Both the position numbers and the translations under genes were made by a program. Of a stretch of 64,000 nucleotides of DNA, positions 48,682-61,569 are shown one piece after another (within the stretch, counting starts at the first letter, position 1; the number at the start of each line of letters is the position of its first letter). Source of the stretch: Candidatus Acidiferrum sp. (GTDB lineage Bacteria; Acidobacteriota; Terriglobia; Acidiferrales; UBA7541); contig DASZZI010000055.1 of the NCBI GenBank assembly GCA_035544995.1, positions 9,507 to 73,506 of the forward strand, written 5' to 3'. The notes under the pieces were generated by a model that was given only the letters and a program-made list of their open reading frames with translations, searched no databases and had not been told where the DNA came from.

Positions 48682-50241
48682 ATGAACCTTATGCGCAGAC
48701 GATTCTTCTCCTCGGTTATCACACTTATTTTCATCGGGGTGGCTGCACCTGCCCGCGCGCAGGATGCCGGGAAAATCATCGAACAATACATTAAAGTAGC
48801 CGGGGGGTCGAAGACCCTCTCAAAGATTCAGACATTAACCCTTGAAGGAACGTTCACGAACGCTTCGGATGGGAAAGCGGGGACGTATACTTTCAATACG
48901 AAGCTGCCGAACCGGTATTACTCGGAGCTGGTCACCGGCGACAAGAATTTGATCGAAGCGTATAACGGAAAATCGGCTTGGCACCAGAACGCTGCCGGCG
49001 AGATCGGGACGCTGGTGGGACCCGAAGGATTTCAACTGGAAGCCGCGGGGCAATATTACAATTCGCGGCTGGTGAACCCGAAAAAGAACAAGCTGACAAT
49101 AGCTTTCGTCGGGCACGTCCGGGTGCGCGGCAAGGACGCGCTGCAGATTGAAGTCAGCACGACGACGGGCGTGAAGCGGCAAGTTTTCTTCGATCCGCAG
49201 TCACATTTGATCGTGAAGGAAGCAGCGACGATTGGCGGGGTGGATGAGGAAATTTTCTACGACGATTACCGGCCGGAAAGCGATGTGCGGATTCCGCGAA
49301 AAATCGAGCTGCGCCGCGGCGGGAATGTCTACGAGATCACTGTTGCACGCGCCGCGGTGAATGGCGTGATCGGCGAACGGATGTTTGATTTTCCGAAGAA
49401 GTCGCAAGTGCAGTTGCCAGACTTGAAAGCGCTGTTCAAAGAGATCGACGACAATCAGAAGATCATCGACAAGATTAGGGAAAACTATGCGGGCACCCGG
49501 ACGACGGAAGAGACGGAATATGAAGGCAATGGAAAAGTGAAGAAAGTCGACAAGCAAGAGTGCACGTTCTTCTACTTGGCCGGCGATGAGGTTTCGACGC
49601 TGGTGAAGAAGGACGGCAAGCCATTGAGCGAAGAAGAGCAGAAAAAAGAAAAGGAGAGAGTGCAAAAGAAGATTCAGGACATCCAGAAGCGCGAGACCAA
49701 GAAAGAAGCCAAGGAAGAAAAGGCCAAGGAACAAGGGAAGGAAGAGAAAGACGGAGACGAGCCCGGGATCGAAGTCTTCTTGCGGGCTTGCCAGTTTGTG
49801 AATCCGCGGCGGGAGCGCTTCCGGGGGCAGGACGTGCTGGTTTTTGATTTTGAGCCAAACCCGGAATTCAAGGCGCACAAATTGGAGGAGAAGGTCGTGC
49901 AGAAGCTGGCCGGGGTCGTGTGGATCGACGAGAAGGCGCACGATGTGGCGCGGCTGGAAGCGTATTTCGTCGGCGACATGAAATTCGCCGGCGGTTTGCT
50001 TGCCAATTTGCAGAAGGGCACGAGCTTTGTCTTCGAGCAAGCATTTATTAATAACGAGGTATGGCTTCCGACTTACGAAGAGACGCACGTGGGAGTGCGC
50101 GTGTTGCTGGTGAAGGAAATCAAGGTCAACGAGGTGACGCAGTACTCCGACTACAAGAAGTTCAACGTGGATACGCTCGCAACGATTGGCAAACCCAAAG
50201 GCGCAGCGGAAACACCGGCGAGCGACCCTCCCAAGCCTTGA
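48682..50241 (+). CDS. Secreted hypothetical protein, LolA-like (lipoprotein-sorting) N-terminal domain plus a second beta-rich domain
   Basis: Signal peptide, IIEQYIKVAGGSKTLSKIQT, FYDDYR, then charged linker and VWIDEK...EQAFINNEVWLP. Confidence 0.65.
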   Translation: MNLMRRRFFSSVITLIFIGVAAPARAQDAGKIIEQYIKVAGGSKTLSKIQTLTLEGTFTNASDGKAGTYTFNTKLPNRYYSELVTGDKNLIEAYNGKSAWHQNAAGEIGTLVGPEGFQLEAAGQYYNSRLVNPKKNKLTIAFVGHVRVRGKDALQIEVSTTTGVKRQVFFDPQSHLIVKEAATIGGVDEEIFYDDYRPESDVRIPRKIELRRGGNVYEITVARAAVNGVIGERMFDFPKKSQVQLPDLKALFKEIDDNQKIIDKIRENYAGTRTTEETEYEGNGKVKKVDKQECTFFYLAGDEVSTLVKKDGKPLSEEEQKKEKERVQKKIQDIQKRETKKEAKEEKAKEQGKEEKDGDEPGIEVFLRACQFVNPRRERFRGQDVLVFDFEPNPEFKAHKLEEKVVQKLAGVVWIDEKAHDVARLEAYFVGDMKFAGGLLANLQKGTSFVFEQAFINNEVWLPTYEETHVGVRVLLVKEIKVNEVTQYSDYKKFNVDTLATIGKPKGAAETPASDPPKP

Positions 50242-50284
50242 TCGTGAGAAGGCTTCTGTTCCATCCAATGACCAAAGTTAGATT

Positions 50285-53164
50285 CTATGATTTCGTGAGT
50301 CGGTGGGCGTCTAGGACATCGCGAACTTTATCGATGAGGACGGCGGGGGAGAAGGGTTTTTGGAGGAAAGCGATGCCACTTTCCAGCATTCCTCCGCTCG
50401 CGATGACGTTGTGGGTGTAGCCAGACATATACAGAACCCTCATTTTCGGGTGACGCGCCGTGATTCGCTTGGCGAGCTCGCGCCCGCTCATTCCCGGCAT
50501 GACCACATCGGTGAGCAATAGATGAATCTTAGTTCCATAGTTTTCGCTGAGGCGCTCCGCGTCCTCGGAGCTCTGCGCTTCCACCACGGAGTAGCCCTGC
50601 GCCGCGAGCACCATGCGGGTAAGTTCGCGCACAGCAGGTTCGTCCTCGACGAGCAAGATTGTTTCGGTGCCTTTGCGGGCGCGCGTTTGCTTTTTTGCCG
50701 CCTGTGGCGCTTCCGCCGGCACGTCGACGCGTGGCAAATAAACTTTAAATGATGATCCCTGGCCGGGCTCGCTATAAACCCAGATATAGCCGCCGCTTTG
50801 TTTGACGATACCGTAGACGGTAGCGAGGCCAAGGCCAGTGCCACTGGCGCCGCCTTTCGTGGTGTAGAACGGTTCGAAGATGTGGGCTACGGTTTCGGCG
50901 TCCATGCCGACGCCTGTGTCCGTAACGGCAAGCATGACGTAGCGGCCGGGACGCACGGTGGCGTGATCGCGGGCATAGGTGGAGTCGAGATCGACGTTCG
51001 CGGTTTCAACGGTGAGGCGGCCGCCGTTGGGCATGGCGTCGCGGGCGTTCACGACCAGGTTCATGATCACCTGCTCAATTTGTGCAGGATCGGCTTTGAC
51101 GGTTCCGACGTCTTCGGCAACGATGGTCCTCATCTCGATGTCCGCGCCCATAAGGCGGCGCAAGAGTTTGTCGAGGCCGAGTACGATGCTATTCAAATCG
51201 AGGGTCTTGGGTTGGAGCACCTGCTTGCGGCCGAAGGCCAGCAACTGGCGCACGAGCGTAGCGGCCCGCTCGGAGGCGTCTTCAATGCGCTCGATGTCCG
51301 AGCGCAGCGCCGAGTGTGTCCCGGTGCGGTTTAAGGCGAGTTCCGTGTAGCCCTTGATGATCGTGAGCAGGTTGTTGAAGTCGTGTGCGATGCCACCAGC
51401 CAGCCTTCCGACGGCTTCCATGCGGCGCGACTGCTGCAGCTGTACTTCGAGTTGCTTGCGCTCGGTGATATCGACGATGATGCCTTCCATCAGGGCATGG
51501 CCCTGCGAGTCAGGCACTACAACGCCAGTATCGCTCACCCAGATTACGCGGCCATCCTTGCGGATCATGCGATATTCCGCTTGGAACGGCTCACCCCTTT
51601 TGGACGCCGCTTCCGCGGCTTCGACAATCGCGTGATCTTCGGATTCCACATGACGCATCCATTCGCGGGAGCTGCCGAGCCATTCTTCAGATGAGTAACC
51701 AAGGATCGATCCAATCTGGGGACTGACGTAGTGCCATTCAGCGCTGACTCCGATCTCCGCGATATAGCTGATGGCGGCGACCTGCTCGATTAGCGCCCGG
51801 TATTTGGCTTCCGCCTCGGCTCGTGCTTTTTCGGCGCTGCGGCGTTCGTTGATGTCCCGGCAGATGCAGACGAAGCCGCCATTTTCGAGAAGCGTGAGCG
51901 AAAGCTCCTGGGAGAAGAAGGAGCCATCGCGGCGTTTGGCGCGCGATTCGCCGCGCCAAACGCCCTTGTCGAAGAGCTGCGGTAAGATGGCGGACTCAAA
52001 CGCCGCGACTTCTCCGGGATGATAGAGAAATCGCCAGGTTTTTCCGATGAGCTCGGAGGGATCCTGGTATCCGAAAACGCGCGCGTGCGCGGAGTTCATG
52101 TACGTAAACTCGCCCTGGGCATTCAAGATGGCCATGCCATCGACGGCGGATTCCATGGCCAGGGTTTGGCGGCGTACCGTCTCAGCACTTTTCGCTTCCC
52201 GATACGCGCTAATGCCGAGCCGGCCCGCGAAACACACAATTGAAACGCCGAGAAGCGAAAAGCGTAAGACGCGCCATTCCGATTCGAGCTGCGAGACCTG
52301 CAAGAGAACAATCAGCGGCGCGAGGACAAGAGTGGCGTTCGTCAGCATCAATTCGCCGAAGGATTTCCGGCGCAGCCGCAGAGGGCTGTCCGATGGAGGA
52401 GCTGGCTGCCAGTGCGCGGCCCACAGGGCGCCACCGAGAAACGGGAGAGTGAAGGCCAGGTCGAGGAAACCGCCGGTTGGCGATGGCTTGATGGATTGCA
52501 CATAGTCGGCCAAAGCCATACCCACTGTGTAGAAGAACAGGTAGAGCGCGAGGCCACCATAGAGATTGCGAATGTGCTGCGTCCGCGCGCGCGCCGCCTG
52601 GACGACAGCGAGCCCGACCAACGCGGCGCCTTCTCCGGTTTCGACCCGGATCTCCCGCATGAGGGCGTCATGCTCGCTAAAGTGGTAGGCGGGCAGATAA
52701 TAGAATCCGATGAAGATGAAAAAGAAGACAATCGCGATCTGAATGAAATCGAGCACGGATTCGGCGTCGAGAGTTGCTGAATCCTTGTCTTGATCGAGGA
52801 ACAAAGCCATCGCAAAAAACACACTCTGCAGACCGAAGAGGAATCGCACCGCCGATCCCGTGGGCGGCTCGCTGTGCAGGACGATTTCGTAATACATCCA
52901 GCCAAGATTCGCCACGCCCCACATGGCGATGCCGAAACTGATGAGAAGCCAAAAGGGGCGGCTCAGACCGCGTGCGCGGCGGTGCGCTCCGAAAGTCATC
53001 ACGGTGGCTAAACCGCAAGCCAAGAGTTGCAGGCCGTTTGCGAGGAAGGTGCCAACAGCGGATGTTCCAAGCGTAAGTGCTTCGCAAATGTGGAGCGCTA
53101 CGATGACGAGCGCAAGAATTAGGATGCGGGGCATCCCAAGATGCTGCTCGTGAACTCGGTACAT
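50285..53164 (-). CDS. Membrane-bound hybrid sensor kinase (TM domain-PAS-PAS-HisKA-HATPase-REC)
   Basis: GGIAHDFNNLL H-box, NLVVNARDAMP, FEPFYTTK, GTGLGL, ILLVEDE receiver. Confidence 0.93.
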   Translation of the reverse strand: MYRVHEQHLGMPRILILALVIVALHICEALTLGTSAVGTFLANGLQLLACGLATVMTFGAHRRARGLSRPFWLLISFGIAMWGVANLGWMYYEIVLHSEPPTGSAVRFLFGLQSVFFAMALFLDQDKDSATLDAESVLDFIQIAIVFFFIFIGFYYLPAYHFSEHDALMREIRVETGEGAALVGLAVVQAARARTQHIRNLYGGLALYLFFYTVGMALADYVQSIKPSPTGGFLDLAFTLPFLGGALWAAHWQPAPPSDSPLRLRRKSFGELMLTNATLVLAPLIVLLQVSQLESEWRVLRFSLLGVSIVCFAGRLGISAYREAKSAETVRRQTLAMESAVDGMAILNAQGEFTYMNSAHARVFGYQDPSELIGKTWRFLYHPGEVAAFESAILPQLFDKGVWRGESRAKRRDGSFFSQELSLTLLENGGFVCICRDINERRSAEKARAEAEAKYRALIEQVAAISYIAEIGVSAEWHYVSPQIGSILGYSSEEWLGSSREWMRHVESEDHAIVEAAEAASKRGEPFQAEYRMIRKDGRVIWVSDTGVVVPDSQGHALMEGIIVDITERKQLEVQLQQSRRMEAVGRLAGGIAHDFNNLLTIIKGYTELALNRTGTHSALRSDIERIEDASERAATLVRQLLAFGRKQVLQPKTLDLNSIVLGLDKLLRRLMGADIEMRTIVAEDVGTVKADPAQIEQVIMNLVVNARDAMPNGGRLTVETANVDLDSTYARDHATVRPGRYVMLAVTDTGVGMDAETVAHIFEPFYTTKGGASGTGLGLATVYGIVKQSGGYIWVYSEPGQGSSFKVYLPRVDVPAEAPQAAKKQTRARKGTETILLVEDEPAVRELTRMVLAAQGYSVVEAQSSEDAERLSENYGTKIHLLLTDVVMPGMSGRELAKRITARHPKMRVLYMSGYTHNVIASGGMLESGIAFLQKPFSPAVLIDKVRDVLDAHRLTKS

Positions 53165-53241
53165 ATTAGTTGTTCTAGTAAAGTCTAGTGCATAGTTTTG
53201 CGGGAAGGCAAAGAGTGCGGTTTTACAGGTACCGCAAGACT

Positions 53242-53272
53242 AAACGCCCCCGACGGGTCGGGGGGCGTTTTT
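53242..53272. terminator. Rho-independent terminator downstream of the acyl-CoA dehydrogenase
   Basis: AAACGCCCCC-GAC..GTC-GGGGGGCGTTT hairpin with A/T flanks on both sides. Confidence 0.75.
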
Positions 53273-53309
53273 CGAGGTCAGTCTGGCTTGAATCGATTTC
53301 GCTTTTCGC

Positions 53310-55109
<1,800 letters not shown>

Positions 55110-55447
55110 GTTTGTCTCTCCTAGCGGGGAATTGCTGCAAATGGGTTTCGGTCAAACGTTTGTTTGAGGCGGGCAACGCTGACCAATCAAACCATTTTAC
55201 TCCGGAGAAAAGATGCAGTAAACACTATTAAGCCGCCGGTAGCCGAACAGTTTCAGGTTACTGCGTTACACGTCCGCCTGGACTCTGAAGGTGGCGTGCG
55301 AAGGCGCACCAGGGATATAATCCCGTCGCTAAATCGCTAGAACACGGCGCAAACCTGCGAGATCGCACAGACGGGTAGGGTCCCGCGGGGTGGCCACGCC
55401 TGAACTGGAACCGGTACCCCCATCTTTCGCACTATTGAGGGACTCAC

Positions 55448-57421
55448 ATGAAGCCTATCCATTGCGTTCGCATGCTTACCTTGTTCGCGCCGGTGCTCGG
55501 CGTCCTTTTGTTCGCCGAAGCCACCGCGGCCCAGGCTCCGCCGCCATCCACTCCTTCCACCTTGCCCAGCGAAACGCCGGCCCAGTTCGAACCCGTCACC
55601 AACAGCTTCGATTACACCAGGCGCGACGTCACGATCCCCATGCGCGACGGAGTAAAGCTGCACACCGTTATCCTCGTGCCCAAGGGCGCCAAGAACGCGC
55701 CGATCCTGCTGACGCGCACGCCCTACGACGCCACCGATCTCACCAGCCACGCGCACAGCTCCCATCTCGGTCCAATCCTCAAGGGCTACGACAACGCGCT
55801 CGAAGTGATCCTCGAAGGAGGCTACATCCGCGTAGTCCAGGATGTGCGCGGCAAGTACGGCTCCGAGGGCGACTACGTGATGAACCGTCCCCTGCGCGGC
55901 CCGCTAAATCCCACGACGGTCGATCACGCTACTGACACCTACGACACCATCGACTGGCTGGTGAAAAACATTCCGGAAAGCAACGGCAAGGTCGGTATCC
56001 TCGGCATTTCCTACGACGGTTTTTTGCCGTTGATGGCGCTCATCAATCCGCATCCCGCGCTCAAAGTCGCCGTGCCGATGAACCCCATGGTCGACGGCTG
56101 GATGGGTGACGACTGGTTTCACTACGGCGCCTTTCGCCAACTGAACATGCCCTACATCTATGAACAGGAAGCGACGCGCAAGAACGACGTTCACTGGTGG
56201 ACGAGCAACTACGACGATTACGACATGTACCTGCAAGCCGGTTCGTCGGGCGAACTGGGGCGCCGCCACGGCCTCGAACAGGTCGGCTTCTGGCGAAAGC
56301 TTCTCGAGCATCCGGCCTACGACGCCTTCTGGCAGCAACAAGCGATGGACAAGATTCTCGCCGCTCAACCCCTTAAAGTTCCGACGATGCTGGTAGCCAG
56401 CCTATGGGATCAGGAAGACATCTATGGCGCGATCGCCGTCTACAAAGCGATCAAGCCGAAGGACACGGACAACGGCAAAGTTTTCCTCGTCCTGGGCCCA
56501 TGGCATCACGGGCAGGAGATCGACGATGGCAGTTCGCTCGGCGCGCTGAAATTCAACAGCGATACCGGGCTATATTTCCGTAAAGAGATTCTGGCGCCAT
56601 TCCTGGCGCAATATCTTAAAGACGGTGCCCCGAAGAGCGGCGTAGCGCCTGTGTCCGCTTTTGAAACCGGTACGAACATATGGCGGCGTTTGCCTGCGTG
56701 GCCATCCGGTTGCGCCAGCGGGTGCACTGTGCGACCGGCGCCGCTCTATCTCAACGCGGGTCTCAAGCTGAGCTTCACCGCACCGGCGTCGAGCGAAACG
56801 TCATTCGACGAATATGTGTCCGACCCCGCCAAGCCCGTGCCCTTTAGCGGGCGCCCCAGTCATCCTGTCGGCTACAACAACAACGTGCCTTGGGCCAACT
56901 GGCTTGTCGACGACCAGCGTGAAGTCTCCGGCCGCCCCGACGTGGTGGTGTTCATCTCCGATACGCTTAGCGCCCCGATGAAAATCAGCGGAGAACCGAT
57001 CGCCAACTTGGTCGCCTCCACCAGCGGCACAGACTCCGACTGGGTAGTCAAGCTGATCGACCTCTACCCCGACGAAGTAGGCGGGCAACCCGAAATGGGC
57101 GGCTATCAACTCATGGTTTCCGCCGACATCTTCCGCGGACGCTACCGCGAGAGCCTTGAGACACCCAAGGCCCTCGCGCCAGACAAAGCACTCCTCTATC
57201 GCTTCGCGCTTCCCACCGCAAATCACGTCTTCCTCCCCGGACACCGCATCATGGTCCAAATCCAGTCCACCTGGTTTCCGCTCTACGACCGCAATCCGCA
57301 GACTTTTGTTCCCAATATCTTTTGGGCCAAGCCGGGGGATTATCGCAAGGCCGTGCAACGTATCTACCACACGCCCGGCCAGGCATCCTTCATCGAGCTG
57401 CCTCTGGTCGCGACGCCGTAA
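55448..57421 (+). CDS. CocE/NonD family hydrolase (alpha-amino acid ester hydrolase-like), secreted
   Basis: MRDGVKL, RTPY, QDVRGKYGSEG, GISYDGF nucleophile, C-terminal PepX-type domain. Confidence 0.92.
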   Translation: MKPIHCVRMLTLFAPVLGVLLFAEATAAQAPPPSTPSTLPSETPAQFEPVTNSFDYTRRDVTIPMRDGVKLHTVILVPKGAKNAPILLTRTPYDATDLTSHAHSSHLGPILKGYDNALEVILEGGYIRVVQDVRGKYGSEGDYVMNRPLRGPLNPTTVDHATDTYDTIDWLVKNIPESNGKVGILGISYDGFLPLMALINPHPALKVAVPMNPMVDGWMGDDWFHYGAFRQLNMPYIYEQEATRKNDVHWWTSNYDDYDMYLQAGSSGELGRRHGLEQVGFWRKLLEHPAYDAFWQQQAMDKILAAQPLKVPTMLVASLWDQEDIYGAIAVYKAIKPKDTDNGKVFLVLGPWHHGQEIDDGSSLGALKFNSDTGLYFRKEILAPFLAQYLKDGAPKSGVAPVSAFETGTNIWRRLPAWPSGCASGCTVRPAPLYLNAGLKLSFTAPASSETSFDEYVSDPAKPVPFSGRPSHPVGYNNNVPWANWLVDDQREVSGRPDVVVFISDTLSAPMKISGEPIANLVASTSGTDSDWVVKLIDLYPDEVGGQPEMGGYQLMVSADIFRGRYRESLETPKALAPDKALLYRFALPTANHVFLPGHRIMVQIQSTWFPLYDRNPQTFVPNIFWAKPGDYRKAVQRIYHTPGQASFIELPLVATP

Positions 57422-57430
57422 GGCCTGGCG

Positions 57431-57790
57431 ATGGGGGGCGCGGCCTCTTCCTGCTTCCATGCCGCGCGCAGTTCTTTCTGTAGCGGCGTGATTGCCCTCG
57501 CCCCATCCTTCGGCGAAGTGGGAGAGAAATTTACGCTGGAATTAACGGAAGGCGGCAGCGTCACTGGAAAAGTGCTGGCAAAGACGAAACGCGAAACGGC
57601 GCTGGGTTGGGATGCGATTCTCGGCGTGCTGGAGCTGAAGGCATTTGCAATGGGGCCACAGAAAATGGTCTCCGTGCATGGATGCGGATGGGGATTGAGC
57701 GCTGCGCGTGCGAAAGAAATTGAAGTGCAGATGGAGCGGGCGCTGGAGCGGCTGGCAGACGATCTTGGCTCAACTTCAGCGAGTGCTTGA
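57431..57790 (+). pseudogene. Probable 5'-truncated remnant: C-terminal domain of an SRPBCC-type protein
   Basis: FTLELTEGGSVTGKV...WGLSAARAKEIE resembles the C-half of the next gene (YALRARTGESLSGRV...FGLPEAKVKEF); no RBS before ATG 57431. Confidence 0.4.
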
Positions 57791-57858
57791 AGAAGAAAGA
57801 TTTAACGCAGCGAGCGCAGAGGACGGAAAGCAAAAAAATCGCTGATGCGAGGTTGGAT

Positions 57859-58659
57859 ATGACAGAAAGAAAGCGCGCGGAAGAGACAAAGAAAGAGCGG
57901 CGCCTCGAAAAAAAGATCGAGATTGCAGCTCCAGTGCAAGAGGTTTGGAAGGCGCTAACCGATCCGAAAGAATTGGTGAACTGGTTTCCCTTGGAAGCGC
58001 GCGTCACACCGGGCGTTGGCGGCAAGATTTTCTTGTCCTGGGGGCCAGAGTGCGAAGGCGAAGCAGAGATTGTGGCCTGGGAGCCGGGGAAGAAGTTCGC
58101 TTGGAAAGAAAACGTTGCGCTGGTGGAGTGGACACTGGAAGCGCGAGGCGGGAAGACCGTCGTGCGGCTGGTGCAGAGCGGGTTTTTGGGAGAGAGTGAC
58201 TGGGAGAAAGAATGGTTCGAATCGACGAGCTATGGATGGGGCTTCATGCTCGCCAGCTTGCGATGGGCGCTGGAACGACACCGCGGTGAAGAGCGACAAG
58301 TGGCGTGGCCGCGAGTCAAAGCAAGTATCCCGCGGGAAGAAGCGTATCGCCGGCTCATGAGTGCCGGCGGATTGTTTGTCGCTGATGCCCGGGCGAATTT
58401 GAAAGCGGGTGAGGAATACGCGCTGCGGGCAAGAACGGGGGAAAGTCTTTCAGGGCGGGTGGAATTCGTGAAGGAATCGAGGGGGTTCTGCTTGACGGTT
58501 CGCGAAATGAAAGATGCCTTGTTGTGGCTGACGATTGAAGGAGAGCCCGGGAAAATTGAGGTGCAGGTATGGTTGTCGGCATTTGGGTTGCCGGAAGCGA
58601 AAGTGAAGGAGTTCAGTGGGAGGTGGGAAGAAAGATTGCGAGCCATTTTGGCGGCCTGA
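57859..58659 (+). CDS. SRPBCC/AHSA1 domain protein with extra C-terminal domain
   Basis: IEIAAPVQEVWKALTDPKELVNWF; GAGGT RBS before ATG 57859. Confidence 0.85.
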   Translation: MTERKRAEETKKERRLEKKIEIAAPVQEVWKALTDPKELVNWFPLEARVTPGVGGKIFLSWGPECEGEAEIVAWEPGKKFAWKENVALVEWTLEARGGKTVVRLVQSGFLGESDWEKEWFESTSYGWGFMLASLRWALERHRGEERQVAWPRVKASIPREEAYRRLMSAGGLFVADARANLKAGEEYALRARTGESLSGRVEFVKESRGFCLTVREMKDALLWLTIEGEPGKIEVQVWLSAFGLPEAKVKEFSGRWEERLRAILAA

Positions 58660-58758
58660 AGAGGAAGATCGAGCGCAGCAGTCCAGACGAACGCGGGGGA
58701 AAAAGAAGGATGATAGCGGCGCCGGCCTAGCGGCCGCCACCGCAAGGAGGAAGGAGGA

Positions 58759-59106
58759 GTGATGGGACGACCGGTGGTGCATTTCGAGATTGGGTGCAGG
58801 GACAGCGCGAAGACGCAGGAGTTTTACAAGAACCTATTCGACTGGAAGATCGAACCGATGGGGCCTGCGGCGATGATTGCGGCGGAGCCGCGCGGAATGA
58901 CCGGGCACATTACGGCGCTGGGCCACGAACCGCATCATTACACGATGTTTTACGTGGACGTGGACGATGTGGCGGCATATCTGGAGAAGGCGAAAGCGCT
59001 GGGTGGAAAGACACTGGTGCCTCCGGTAGAGATTCCTACGGGGACGTTTGCGTGGATGCAAGATCCCGAAGGGAACACGGTCGGACTGTGGAAGGCGAAG
59101 AAGTAA
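58759..59106 (+). CDS. VOC/glyoxalase family protein
   Basis: VVHFEIG...FYVDVDDV...AKALGGK...FAWMQDPEGNTVGLW. Confidence 0.92.
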   Translation: MMGRPVVHFEIGCRDSAKTQEFYKNLFDWKIEPMGPAAMIAAEPRGMTGHITALGHEPHHYTMFYVDVDDVAAYLEKAKALGGKTLVPPVEIPTGTFAWMQDPEGNTVGLWKAKK

Positions 59107-59152
59107 AGTAACGAGCAGAAAGTGGCGAGCGAGAGGTGCGGGCGAGGTGACT

Positions 59153-60189
59153 ATGAAGTGGGCCGCGCGAATCTTGGCTGGATTGGTCGCAGTCGTGGTG
59201 CTGGCAGTGCTGGCGTTATTGATTGCGGGGAAGCGGCCCAACCATGGGCACATCGTGAGAGAAGTAGCGATTGACAGGCCTGCGGCACAAGTTTTTCGTT
59301 GGATTACGACACATGATCTTCTGAAGAAATGGATTGGCGGACTGATTGAGCCGCGGCCGGAATCATCGCCCGCTGAGGGGAGTGAAGTCGGGAGGAAATT
59401 TCGCATCGTCGAGACTTACAAAGGCGAACGGGTAGACATGGAAATGGAAGTGATGAAATTCGAAAGAGACAGAGATCTCCTGATTCGCGTTGCTTCGGTG
59501 GGAGATCTGAATAATGGATTTGTGGAGACGGCCGAATACCGATTGACCGAGGCGGACGGAAAAACGCGAATTCGCATGGAAGCCCAGACGGATTATTATG
59601 GTTATATCCCCCGGCTGTTCGAGCCGTTGATCACGAGAGACGCCAGGAAAAAGCTCAAGCAGGATTTGAATCGCTTGAAGACGCTCGTGGAAGCGGAACC
59701 TGTGATGAAGAGCGGAGAGACCGCGCCGGCTGAGCCGGGGGCAGAGATGAAGCGGTTGAAATTTTATCTCGGTGAGTGGGATTACACGGAAAGCTACGAG
59801 AAGACGTCCTTCTATCCCAATGGCGGGAAAAACACGGGTGTTTATACGAGCAAGCTGGGGCCCGGCGGCAATTCACTGGTGCAAAACTTTCACTCGCAGG
59901 GACCGGTGGGAGATTTTGAAGGTTTGATTGTGATGACCTGGGACCCCAAGGAAAAAGCGTACAAAGCGTATGTGTTCGGAAATGAATTTCCCGGAGCCAT
60001 CGTGGAGACCGGGCAGTTCGAGGCGACGCGCTCGATTACCGCTCAGAATTCTCAGTCGAGGGCGCAACACTGAAATTGCGAAACGTTACGCGGCTCCTGG
60101 CGCCCGGACATATCGTCAGCGAAGAGTTCATCAGAATGGAAGGCCAGCCAGAAAAACTATTGGTGCGCGTGGAGGCAAAGAAAAGGTAG
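59153..60189 (+). pseudogene. TM-SRPBCC-DUF1579-like fusion with a 1-nt frameshift near 60022
   Basis: Frame reads IVETGQFE then shifts; the -1 frame continues DALDYRSEFSVEGATLKLRNVTRLLAPGHIVSEEFIRMEGQPEKLLVRVEAKKR* to TAG 60187-60189. Confidence 0.75.
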
Positions 60190-60230
60190 GGAACCTCCGG
60201 CTCACTCGAAGGCAGGCAGAAGCGGCCGTA

Positions 60231-61439
60231 CTACACGCGTTCGAAGATGCCGGCCGCGCCCATGCCGCCGCCGATGCACATGGTCACCATGCCGTAGCGC
60301 GCGTTGGTGCGCTGCAACTCCCGAATAATCGTCGCCGTGAGCTTGGCGCCGGTGCAGCCAAGCGGATGGCCCAGCGCGACGGCGCCGCCATTAGGATTGA
60401 CGCGCGAGGGATCAAGGCCGGCCTGTTGGATGACGGCGAGCGATTGCGCGGCAAATGCTTCATTGAGTTCGATGACGGCGATGTCGCCAAGGGAAAGACC
60501 GGCGAGCTTCAGAGCTTTCGGAATCGCAGAGACCGGCCCAATGCCGAATTCCTCCGGTGGCACGCCGCCGGTCGCGTAGGCGACGAAACGCACCAGCGGC
60601 TTCAAGCCGAGCGCTTTGGCGCGTGCGTCGCTCATCACCACGGTGGCGGCGGCGCCGTCGCTCATCGGGGAGCTGTTTCCCGCCGTGACCATGCCCTTTA
60701 CATGAAAAGCGGGCTTGAGCTTGGCGAGAATCTCAATTGACGTGTCCGCGCGGGGAAGTTCGTCGGTGTCGAATATAAAAGTTTGCGTTGTGGGTTTGGG
60801 CAAGGAGTGCGGCTTGGAGGAAGCGCCATTGCCGTTTGGAAGCGAAGTAATTTTCACTTCTACCGGAATGATTTCATCCTTGAAATTTCCGGCAGCGATG
60901 GCCGCAATAGCTTTCTTGTGGGAGTTGGCGGCGAACTGATCGGCCTGTTCTCTGGTGATGCCAAATTTGCGCGCGATGTTTTCCGTGCCCAAGCCCATGT
61001 TGATGTACGTGTCGGGTTTGTGATCGACAAGCCAGGGATTCGGTGAAACCTTATTCCCGCCCATCGGAACCATGGACATGGATTCCGTGCCGCCCGCGAC
61101 GATGATTTCCGCGGAGCCGGAGCGAATGCGCTCGGCCGCCAGCGCAATCGCCTGCAAGCCCGAAGAACAGAACCGGTTGATGGTCATCGCCGAAGTTTCC
61201 ACAGGAAGGCCGGCGCGAAGTGACGCGATGCGCGCAACGTTCATGCCTTGTTCGCCTTCGGGCATGGCGCAGCCGAGGATGACGTCGTCAATTTCCTTGG
61301 GGTCGACTCCGGGAACCCGGGAGAGAGCTTCCTTGATGGCGAGAGCAGCGAGATCGTCGGGGCGCATGGCGCGCAGCGAGCCTTTGAAGGCTCGGCCGAC
61401 GGGGGTGCGTACTGCGGAAACGATGACGGCTTCGGGCAT
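60231..61439 (-). CDS. fadA: Acetyl-CoA C-acyltransferase (thiolase)
   Basis: [33 protein letters not shown]; start ATG 61439. Confidence 0.95.
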   Translation of the reverse strand: MPEAVIVSAVRTPVGRAFKGSLRAMRPDDLAALAIKEALSRVPGVDPKEIDDVILGCAMPEGEQGMNVARIASLRAGLPVETSAMTINRFCSSGLQAIALAAERIRSGSAEIIVAGGTESMSMVPMGGNKVSPNPWLVDHKPDTYINMGLGTENIARKFGITREQADQFAANSHKKAIAAIAAGNFKDEIIPVEVKITSLPNGNGASSKPHSLPKPTTQTFIFDTDELPRADTSIEILAKLKPAFHVKGMVTAGNSSPMSDGAAATVVMSDARAKALGLKPLVRFVAYATGGVPPEEFGIGPVSAIPKALKLAGLSLGDIAVIELNEAFAAQSLAVIQQAGLDPSRVNPNGGAVALGHPLGCTGAKLTATIIRELQRTNARYGMVTMCIGGGMGAAGIFERV

Positions 61440-61516
61440 GGCGGCCTCGCGGAATGAGATTACCTTTCTATTGTTGGGCGGTTGGGCGCAAAAAAGCAAA
61501 TCAATCCGAGGCAAAC

Positions 61517-61541
61517 AAAAGGGGCGGACCGACGTTCGCCC
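61517..61541 (-). terminator. Rho-independent terminator after the TonB receptor
   Basis: Minus strand GGGCGAA-cgtcgg-TCCGCCC followed by TTTT. Confidence 0.6.
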
Positions 61542-61569
61542 TGGAGAAAGCAGGCACGAAGATGCGGGG

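Noticed and set aside
55448-57421. Literal cocaine esterase or antibiotic acylase function
   Set aside because: Only family membership is supported; the substrate cannot be read from the motifs.
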